64,000 nt of DNA. Origin: Candidatus Latescibacterota bacterium. GTDB lineage: Bacteria; Latescibacterota; UBA2968; UBA8231. Under the pieces are notes generated by a model, which was not told the DNA's origin, made no database searches, and saw only the letters and a program-made list of their open reading frames with translations. Position numbers and translations under genes: made by a program. Of the stretch, positions 37,595 to 44,970 are shown piece by piece (the stretch's first letter is position 1; every line of letters begins with the position of its first letter). The stretch lies in NCBI GenBank assembly GCA_965221775.1, contig CBDCSU010000006.1, positions 320,001 to 384,000 of the forward strand, given 5' to 3'.

Positions 37595-40138
37595 TCAAAA
37601 AGGAGGGCAGCGGTATCCCGCGGGCGCGGACAGGGCAATCCACACAGGACCCTCCAGCCCGGTGGCCACGAGGTCTTCCACCCGGGACCCGTCGAGGTTG
37701 GCCCGCTGGATCTTGTCGGTGCCCGGATCCGCCCAGTAGAGCTTGCCTTCCGCCACATCCACGGCGAGTCCCCGAGGCGTCGTCAGGCCGGTGGTGACCA
37801 GATCCTCGACCCGTGAGCCATCGAGGTTGGCCCGCTGAATCTTGTCGGTACCGAAGTCGCTCCAGTACATCTTGCCGCCGACAAGGTCCAGGGCCAGCCC
37901 GGCGGGACCGGTCAGTCCGGTGGTGATCAGATCTTCCACCCGGGACCCGTCGAGGTTGGCCCGCTGGATCTTGTCGGTGCCGTAGTCGGTCCAGTACATC
38001 TGGCCCAGGTCCAGATCCAGGGCCAGCCCGTTGGGGAAGCTCAGTCCGGTGGTGACCAGATCCTCGACCTGTGAGCCGTCGAGGTTGGCCCGCTGGATCT
38101 TGTCGGTGCCCCGGTCGGTCCAGTACATCTGGCCGCGTCCCACATCCAGGACCACCGCTCCCGGGATGGCCAGTCCGGTGGTGACGAGGTCTTCCACCTG
38201 CGACCCATCGAGGTTGGCCCGCTGGATCTTGTCGGCGCCGAAGTCGCTCCAGTAGACCTTGCCGCCGGCCTTGTCCACCGTCACGCCATAGGGATTGACC
38301 AGTCCGGTGGCAATCAGATCCTCGACGCCGGAGCCGTCGACATTGGCCCGTTGAATCTTGTTGCTGGTCCAGTCCGCCCAGTACATCTTGGGGACCGAAC
38401 CACCCAGGGCAATGGCCTCTGGATACTCCAGGCCGGTGGTGACCAAGTCTTCGACCCGGGAGCCGTCCAGGTTCGCCCGATGAATCGTCCCGGTGTCGTA
38501 GTAGTCGTCGTAGTCCCAGGCCGTCCAGTACATCTTGCCCCCGGCCAAGTCCAGGGCCAGCGCGTTGGGATCGCCCAGGGTGGTGACCAAGTCTTCGACC
38601 CGGGAGCCGTCCAGGTTCGCCCGATGAATCGTCCGGCTGTCGAAGTCCGTCCAGTACATCTTGTCGGCGGCCAGATCCAAGGCCAGCCCGCAGGGCCCCC
38701 CGGTGCTGATGAGGTTTTCCACCTGCGACCCATCGAGGTTGGACCGCTGAACATACCCGGTGTCGTAGTCCACCCAGTACATCTTGTCGGCGGCCAGATC
38801 CAAGGCCAGCCCGCAGGCATAGTCGGTGCTGATGAGGTCTTCCACCTGCGATCCGTCGAGGTTGGACCGCTGGATCTTGCCGGTGCCGTAGTCGGTCCAG
38901 TACATCTTGCCCCCGGCCACGTCCAAGGCCAGCCTTTCGGGATAGATCAGCCCGGTGCTGATGAGGTCTTCCACCTGCGACCCATCGAGGTTGGACCGCT
39001 GAATCTTCTCGGTGCCCTTGTCCGTCCAGTACATCCTGCCCCCGGCCAAGTCCAGGGCCAGCCCGGAGGGCTCCTCCAAGCCGGCAACCACGAGGTCTTC
39101 CACATGCGACCCGTCGAGGTTGGCGCGCTGGATCTTGCCGGTGCCGGAGTCCGCCCAGTACATCTCGGTCAGTGCGACCACCGGGCCCACCGGCGGCCCG
39201 ATCCCGGCGGGCAGCACCGGATCCGACGGGTCGATGGTGTAGCGGGCGATCAGCCAGACGTCGGACAGGTCGACGCGGCCGTCGGCGTTGACGTCGCCTT
39301 GGGAGATGTCGCCGTCGTTGGGCATGACGGTGGTCGGATCGGCGCTGTACAGCAGCACCAGCAGGGCGTCAGTGATGTTGACCCGGCCGTTGTTGTCCAC
39401 GTCCCCCAACACCCCCGTCCCGGTCGAGGCCGTCTTCGCTCGAGGGCCGCCTCTGGAGGCCCGGACCACTACCTCGACCGGCCCTGCGGCGGCAGCCACC
39501 GGGAAAGCTGGATCCACGTAGGCGACCATCCCGGGGCCCGAGACGGTCAGGCCGTAGATCGCCGAAGCCGCCCACTGGGAAGCCTCCCCCTGCCCCTCTC
39601 CCGAGGGCGCCGGTACGCCGGCCTGTCCGTCGACCAGCACCATGCGCTCCGTCAGACTGACACCGTCGCCTCGAAGCCGGTAGAGATAGACCCCGGCCCC
39701 CACCGCCCGGCCCGCCGCATCCGTGGCGTCCCACGCTGCCGTGTGAAATCCGGCCGGCCGCACCCCGTCCACGAGCGTGGCGATGCGTTGCCCCAGGAGG
39801 TTGAACACGTCCAGCCGCACGTGCATCGAGGCCGGAAGCTGGTACGGGATGATCGTGGACGGGTTGAAGGGATTGGGGTAGTTGGCCCCCAGCTCGAACT
39901 GGTCCGGCAAGACCGACCGGCTGCCCGGACCGTCCAGGGACACTCGGAAATGACCGGACGCATCCGTGGTCGCCGCCAGCGGGGAGGCCCGCAGATCGGT
40001 CAGGTCGAAGAGCCGCACCTGCGCCCCGGGCACCGGTGCGCCCGACGGCAGCTGCACCCGGCCTTCGAGCAGCGGCCCGGCGCCAGCCGGTCCGGCGGCC
40101 ATCCAGGCCACGAGAAGCGATACGCCTACGCTGTGCAT
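37595..40138 (-). CDS. Secreted eukaryote-like protein: carboxypeptidase-regulatory-like + FlgD-Ig + dockerin-like + 12 LDLR class B (YWTD) repeats
   Basis: Signal peptide; NYPNPFNPST; GDVDNNGRVNITD and GDVNADGRVDLSD; 12 repeats of (M/V/L)YW.D...I.R.NLDGS.VEDL. Confidence 0.9.
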   Translation of the reverse strand: MHSVGVSLLVAWMAAGPAGAGPLLEGRVQLPSGAPVPGAQVRLFDLTDLRASPLAATTDASGHFRVSLDGPGSRSVLPDQFELGANYPNPFNPSTIIPYQLPASMHVRLDVFNLLGQRIATLVDGVRPAGFHTAAWDATDAAGRAVGAGVYLYRLRGDGVSLTERMVLVDGQAGVPAPSGEGQGEASQWAASAIYGLTVSGPGMVAYVDPAFPVAAAAGPVEVVVRASRGGPRAKTASTGTGVLGDVDNNGRVNITDALLVLLYSADPTTVMPNDGDISQGDVNADGRVDLSDVWLIARYTIDPSDPVLPAGIGPPVGPVVALTEMYWADSGTGKIQRANLDGSHVEDLVVAGLEEPSGLALDLAGGRMYWTDKGTEKIQRSNLDGSQVEDLISTGLIYPERLALDVAGGKMYWTDYGTGKIQRSNLDGSQVEDLISTDYACGLALDLAADKMYWVDYDTGYVQRSNLDGSQVENLISTGGPCGLALDLAADKMYWTDFDSRTIHRANLDGSRVEDLVTTLGDPNALALDLAGGKMYWTAWDYDDYYDTGTIHRANLDGSRVEDLVTTGLEYPEAIALGGSVPKMYWADWTSNKIQRANVDGSGVEDLIATGLVNPYGVTVDKAGGKVYWSDFGADKIQRANLDGSQVEDLVTTGLAIPGAVVLDVGRGQMYWTDRGTDKIQRANLDGSQVEDLVTTGLSFPNGLALDLDLGQMYWTDYGTDKIQRANLDGSRVEDLITTGLTGPAGLALDLVGGKMYWSDFGTDKIQRANLDGSRVEDLVTTGLTTPRGLAVDVAEGKLYWADPGTDKIQRANLDGSRVEDLVATGLEGPVWIALSAPAGYRCPPF

Positions 40139-40275
40139 CGGCGGTTGATACGGTCCATGACAGGGCTCCACCACACGGCGATGGTCCAGGCGAACAGGAA
40201 CACAAACCACATGGCCAAGAGCAGGATGTAGAGCAGGATGTAGGCCCCTACGACAGCGGCGATCTCGTCAGACAT
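40126..40275 (-). CDS. Putative 49-aa membrane peptide (absent from the ORF track)
   Basis: GCAGGAG RBS, ATG at 40275; MSDEIAAVVGAYILLYILLLAMWFVFLFAWTIAVWWSPVMDRINRRCTA; its stop overlaps the start of the YWTD gene. Confidence 0.6.
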   Translation of the reverse strand: MSDEIAAVVGAYILLYILLLAMWFVFLFAWTIAVWWSPVMDRINRRCTA

Positions 40276-40380
40276 TCTCTCTTCTCCTGCAAGCAGCGCC
40301 CACGCGGACGAGGAAGCGGCCTTCGTTGGAGCCGGGAGCGTCGTGGTTGGATGCCTGGGAGCCGCCGGGGCGTTGTCCGG

Positions 40381-42099
40381 TCACTCCGCCACCACCCGGA
40401 CCGTGAGGCTCGCGGTGCCCTCGAGCACCAAGCCGACATCCTCCTGGACGGAGACGGCGGGCTCCACCTCCTCCTGGTCCGGGCCTACGAAGGCCAAGTC
40501 GCCTTCCTGGACGGGCGTCAGCCGGGCCATCAGCAGGACGTTCTCATCCTCCCCGTTCAGCCGCGCAAAGACGTCTTCCAGCGTCTCTTCGGCGTCTTCC
40601 ACCGGGGAGCCGAAGAAGACGCCCAGATCCCCGAAGGCGTCACCGTCCCCGTCCGCGGCCAGGAGGGCCGCGGGGCCAACCTCGAGCTGGTAGGCGCCGG
40701 CAGCCAGCGTGCTCGGCAGGCTCAAGGCGAGGTCGATCTCCCGGTCGTTCCGCCGCCCCACGCGCAGCGTGGTCGTGACCGTGAGCATGTCCCCCGGCGC
40801 GACGACGGTGTCGGCGGCCACGCCCGTGACCTTGGCGAATCGGGCTTCGGGGAGGACCTCGACGCGGACCTCCGCCTCCCGCACCGTCAGGGTGTCGTCC
40901 TGGTGGTGCAAGAGCTGCTGCAGGGCATCGGCCAGATCGGAGTCGGCTCGGCTGATCAGGGAATGAAGCCGCTCCTCCGGCCCGGCGTAGAGGCGGGACC
41001 GGTCCAGCATCGAGTCCGTTTCGACAAAGGAGACCTCCACCGCCACTCGAAGACTGTGGCCGGCCTCGTTGTCGACTCGTGAAGACAAGGGGCTGAAGGC
41101 CGCCAGGCCGACGAGACCGGCCTGTTCGACGCGCGTCGGCATCTCGTGCACGAGCTCGACTTCGCCCGACGGCAGGGTGAGCACGCTCCGGATCGGCACC
41201 AGCTCCGGTCCGTCGTCGAGGACCCCGCGAACCGCCGGCAGCCGGTCCTCGGTCAGCGTGCCCCGAACCGTGGGGTTCAGGGTGGCGAACTTGTACGGCG
41301 CCGCGAGGTTGGAGACCTCGCCGAGCACCCGCGCCTCGATGATGGGCAGCTCCACCGAGCCGAACTGGTCCATCGGGTGCCCGAACCCGTACACGCGGTC
41401 CCCGTCGACGTAGGAGATGGTTCCGATGGCGCCTCCCGTGATCTCCCCCAGAAGCAAGGCGACCGCCAGGGGACGCCCGGCTTCGAAGCTCTCCTGGCGC
41501 TCCTGCGTCAGGGTCGCCGGAAGGGCCCCGGCCCATGGGGATCCGGAGTTGAGCCCCGTCACCACCCGGAGCACCTTCAGGGGCACGATGCCGGCGCCGC
41601 CCCAAGCAGCCGCGGGCCTGGCCACGGGAGCCGTGCCGCGCTTGCCGATCACCCATTCGATGGGAGTGGCAAAGCAGTAGTAGGGGGCGCTCGTCTGGTT
41701 GTTGAAGGCGTAGGCGATGGCGCCCCAGGTCCCCTCCTCGGAGAACAGGGGGGAGCCGCTCATGCCCTGGGCGATCCCGCCGAGCTGGATCAGGACCGGG
41801 TCGGAGGCCTCCACCATGATCACCGGCATGGGCGGCAGGAAGTCGTCGACCACCGTGACGAACCTCATCTCAAGATCGGCGAGCTCGCCGTTGACGAACT
41901 CGGTCCGCAGGTACAAGGGCATCCCCTCGGGCATGGAACGAACCGAGTCGATGGGCACGATGGCCGACAGATCCCAGGGCTGCAGTTCCCCGCTCGGCCG
42001 CAGGACGGCCCCGGGGTCCGGAGCCACCGGTGGAGGATCGTCATCTCCACACGCCCACAGAATCAGCAACAGCGGGAACAGTGCTCTACGGATGAACAT
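40381..42099 (-). CDS. SpoIVB-like S55 peptidase lipoprotein
   Basis: Lipobox LWAC; GIAQGMSGSP; ATPIE; YGFGHP. Confidence 0.85.
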   Translation of the reverse strand: MFIRRALFPLLLILWACGDDDPPPVAPDPGAVLRPSGELQPWDLSAIVPIDSVRSMPEGMPLYLRTEFVNGELADLEMRFVTVVDDFLPPMPVIMVEASDPVLIQLGGIAQGMSGSPLFSEEGTWGAIAYAFNNQTSAPYYCFATPIEWVIGKRGTAPVARPAAAWGGAGIVPLKVLRVVTGLNSGSPWAGALPATLTQERQESFEAGRPLAVALLLGEITGGAIGTISYVDGDRVYGFGHPMDQFGSVELPIIEARVLGEVSNLAAPYKFATLNPTVRGTLTEDRLPAVRGVLDDGPELVPIRSVLTLPSGEVELVHEMPTRVEQAGLVGLAAFSPLSSRVDNEAGHSLRVAVEVSFVETDSMLDRSRLYAGPEERLHSLISRADSDLADALQQLLHHQDDTLTVREAEVRVEVLPEARFAKVTGVAADTVVAPGDMLTVTTTLRVGRRNDREIDLALSLPSTLAAGAYQLEVGPAALLAADGDGDAFGDLGVFFGSPVEDAEETLEDVFARLNGEDENVLLMARLTPVQEGDLAFVGPDQEEVEPAVSVQEDVGLVLEGTASLTVRVVAE

Positions 42100-42337
42100 G
42101 GTCTTCCTCTCCTTGCGCCCAGGCGGGGGCGGGTGTGGGTGAGGCTGCCGAGGACGCATTGTCTCAACACCGTGCAGCCCCGGATCAGCCGCCCGATGCA
42201 CAGCCGTGTGTGAGCCGGACGCGGCGCCTTCGTCCGAAGGCAGGAGGGACGGGTGCGGTCAGTCGAGGACCAGCAGAAGCGCCGCGGGCAGGCGCGCCCA
42301 TCCAGCCCGTCCCGGCGGACTCATGCGATTCTCGCCA

Positions 42338-43648
42338 TCACCGCAGTTCGAACTCTTCGTGGTGAATGCGCCCCCCAGGCACGCCCTGCTTCTTGAGGCC
42401 GCCGGCAACCGCTGCGACCATCGGCTTCGGGCCGCACAGGTAGAAGTCCCGCTCACCGAGTTGGCCCTCGAGGTCGTCCTTGATCGCATCCGCGCTGATC
42501 CGCGCGCCGGCTTCCGAGCTGACACGCCGGATCGTCACGCCGCCCACTTCGTCCGCACGCGCCTCCAGTTCGTCGAAGAACAGCGCCTCCGGGGCCCGGC
42601 GCACGCAGTAGTAGAGTTGGATGGTGCGGCCGTGACCCGGCTCCATCGTCCGCAGTACCGACAGGAACGGCGTGATGCCGATCCCCCCGGCCACCCACAC
42701 CTGCCTCGCCAGACCTCTCTGTGGATGGAATCGGCCATAGGGACCCTCGATGTCGACCTCGACACCCTCGGCCAGATCGTCGCGCACTCGACGGGTGTAG
42801 TCGCCGGCCACCTTCATCGTGAAGCGGAGACGGGGCTCCTTCGCGCCGGACGAGATGGTGAAGGGATGGGCTTCCCTGAACCCGGCCGCGTCAATGGTGA
42901 CGAAGGCGAACTGCCCCGGCTCGAAGGCGAGCATTCCGTCCTTCGGCTCGAGCACCAGCTCGGTCGCCCGTTCGAGCCGGTTGACCGCAGCCAAGGTGAA
43001 GGCGTGTCGCCGTCTCCTGAGCTGGACGAGCTGTCTGTATCCGTAGGCCGCCAGACCGGCGAGAAGCAGCAGCGCCAGGGCCACCCCCGGCCCCGAGAAC
43101 AGCGCGAGCTCCTCGCCGTCGAAGAGCACCAGGAAGACATGTACGCTGACGACGGCGAAGAACAGACCCGTGAATCGATGGGTCGTGATCCAGCGGTGAT
43201 AGGGGATCTTTCGGTTCAGGGTGATGACGATCAGCAGCAGGAAGCCGATCATCCCGATCTGGCCGAACAGGTCGATGGGCAAGCCCTCTTCTTCTTCTTC
43301 CGAGCCGGCGGCCTCGATCCCCGCGGCGGGCGCCGGGGCCTCATCTCCCTCCGGCCCTCCCGGCACCGTCGCGAAGTGCGCCAGGAACAGAAGCATGGCG
43401 GCGATGCCGAGATGCTTGTGCAGCCGGTACATCCGGTCGAGGCCACCGAAGGATGTCTCCACCGCACGGGGACGCGTCGAGAGCAGCATCCCCAGTACCA
43501 TGCAGATCACCGAGCAGGAACCGGCGAAGTAGGAGAACTGGGCGTCGAAGGGCATGCCCGCCGCCATCACGTGCTGCCAGTACAGCGCGGAGTATGCGGC
43601 AAACGACGCCGCCACGGCCCACAGGCCCTTCCGAAGGCTCATACGCAT
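42338..43648 (-). CDS. Ferric reductase-like transmembrane flavocytochrome with FAD/NAD-binding domains
   Basis: GGLDRMYRLHKHLG, HPFTISS, EGPYG, AGGIGITPF, YLCGP, HEEFELR. Confidence 0.92.
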   Translation of the reverse strand: MRMSLRKGLWAVAASFAAYSALYWQHVMAAGMPFDAQFSYFAGSCSVICMVLGMLLSTRPRAVETSFGGLDRMYRLHKHLGIAAMLLFLAHFATVPGGPEGDEAPAPAAGIEAAGSEEEEEGLPIDLFGQIGMIGFLLLIVITLNRKIPYHRWITTHRFTGLFFAVVSVHVFLVLFDGEELALFSGPGVALALLLLAGLAAYGYRQLVQLRRRRHAFTLAAVNRLERATELVLEPKDGMLAFEPGQFAFVTIDAAGFREAHPFTISSGAKEPRLRFTMKVAGDYTRRVRDDLAEGVEVDIEGPYGRFHPQRGLARQVWVAGGIGITPFLSVLRTMEPGHGRTIQLYYCVRRAPEALFFDELEARADEVGGVTIRRVSSEAGARISADAIKDDLEGQLGERDFYLCGPKPMVAAVAGGLKKQGVPGGRIHHEEFELR

Positions 43649-43721
43649 ACAGAGACGCTGCTCCCTCTCGTCAGCGGAATACCGCCTTCAGCGCATCCAC
43701 GAGGCTAGCCGCCCCATCCGT

Positions 43722-44189
43722 TCAGTTGAACTCGTAGACGAGATCGACGAGAGCGTCGGGAACGTCGGGAGCGCCCCTGAGTTGCAGCACCACCGTGCCC
43801 GGGCCCGGGCCGTACGCCTCCCGGTAACGGTTGCGGATGAGTTCGAGATCGAAGACGTGCGTCTCCGTCAGCCAGGCTTCGCAGCTATCGCCGTTGGCGT
43901 CGTGTTTCAGCACGGCCGGCAACTGTACGGGCGACGACTCGGCGAACGAATCCCCGATGACGAGGGTGAACGCGTGCTCCCGGCACCCGCCGGCGAACGA
44001 CACGGAGACGGTCAGGGCGTGGCCGGTGATCGCCGCGCTGGTCAGTTCGTAGGGGTCCCCTCCCAGATCGGCGTCGTCGCCGGCCACGACGACCCGGGGT
44101 GGGGGATCCCCCGGCGACGCGGCCCGTTCAGAGTCCTGGCAGCCGGTTGCGGCGACCAGCAGCAGTCCCATCGCGCACCGATAGACCAT
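43722..44189 (-). CDS. Hypothetical lipoprotein
   Basis: Lipobox ATGC; SFAGGCREH...ESSPVQ...DSCEA cysteine pair. Confidence 0.75.
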   Translation of the reverse strand: MVYRCAMGLLLVAATGCQDSERAASPGDPPPRVVVAGDDADLGGDPYELTSAAITGHALTVSVSFAGGCREHAFTLVIGDSFAESSPVQLPAVLKHDANGDSCEAWLTETHVFDLELIRNRYREAYGPGPGTVVLQLRGAPDVPDALVDLVYEFN

Positions 44190-44234
44190 TGCAGAGTCCT
44201 CCTGTCAATTGAGGTGGAGCCGGGCGCGGCGCTC

Positions 44235-44636
44235 CTACCGCAGCCGGTCCTTCAGATCGCCCCAGGACAGCGGCTTGGTGGCCGTGTCGGGGTCAATGCC
44301 GAGGTAGTCGTGCTGGTCGCCGTTGGTGACCACGATCAGGGCCTGGTCGGCCGCGGCGGCGGCGGTGACATGGTTGTCCCCCGCCGACAGCAGCAGGGTG
44401 GCGTCCCCCGCGCCGACGCCCAGGATCAACTGCGGCCCCTCCTCGGACCCCAAGGCCAGGAACGGGGCTCCGTCCGGGCCCGTGGCCAGCATCCCCACCA
44501 GTTCGCCGGCGGCATTTTCCAGTGCAAACGCCTGAGCTCGGACGGCCCCCTCCTCGTCCTGGGCCCCCAACCGTGACAGCGCCGCGACCACCAGGAGCAA
44601 GGCCCCGGCTGCCCACAGCAAACGATTCCGTCCCAT
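44235..44636 (-). CDS. Secreted or membrane-anchored hypothetical protein with a C-terminal SWGxLK tail
   Basis: GAAAGGAAGG RBS; N-terminal hydrophobic segment; ends ATKPLSWGDLKDRLR. Confidence 0.75.
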   Translation of the reverse strand: MGRNRLLWAAGALLLVVAALSRLGAQDEEGAVRAQAFALENAAGELVGMLATGPDGAPFLALGSEEGPQLILGVGAGDATLLLSAGDNHVTAAAAADQALIVVTNGDQHDYLGIDPDTATKPLSWGDLKDRLR

Positions 44637-44778
44637 GACTTCCTTCCTTTCGCCGGCTTGGACAGCCGGTCCATCGGGTCTCAGATCGGCCAACGCCCCG
44701 TTCCACGGAAGTCCCGCGAGAACCGAGCCTGGCCGTCACCGCGTCTCCTCCCAAGGTAAGGAGGAACCAAAAACCTAT

Positions 44779-44800
44779 TGTGAAGTTACTGTGAGTTTAC
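44779..44800. promoter_or_regulatory. 11-bp direct repeat, candidate OmpR/PhoB-type binding site
   Basis: TGTGAAGTTAC TGTGAGTTTAC (9 of 11 identical) in the AT-rich divergent promoter region. Confidence 0.55.
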
Positions 44801-44970
44801 GCGGGTCAAGGGTGGCATTATCGTGGAAATGAGCATATTCTCCTCGCAGAGGGGCTATCCCTTGGGGACCGCCGTGCCGCGGCTTGTCCCGAACCGATCG
44901 AGCTCTCCCCGGGCGGCGGACCGGAGCCTTTGACCGCGTTTGCACCTGGGGGTCAGAAGGAGATCGACCC

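Noticed and set aside
37640-39170. Periodic 120-145 bp repeats as a possible CRISPR array
   Set aside because: They are degenerate in-frame coding repeats (YWTD blades) with no constant repeat/unique spacer structure and no cas genes.
40218-40241. 12-bp tandem repeat as a transcription-factor site
   Set aside because: Better explained as an in-frame YILL-YILL duplication within a small ORF.
36515-44970. Integron cassette array or intact prophage/ICE at tRNA-Leu
   Set aside because: No shared attC-like motif among the intergenic spacers, no integrase, no structural or conjugation genes, and no repeat of the tRNA 3' end seen.
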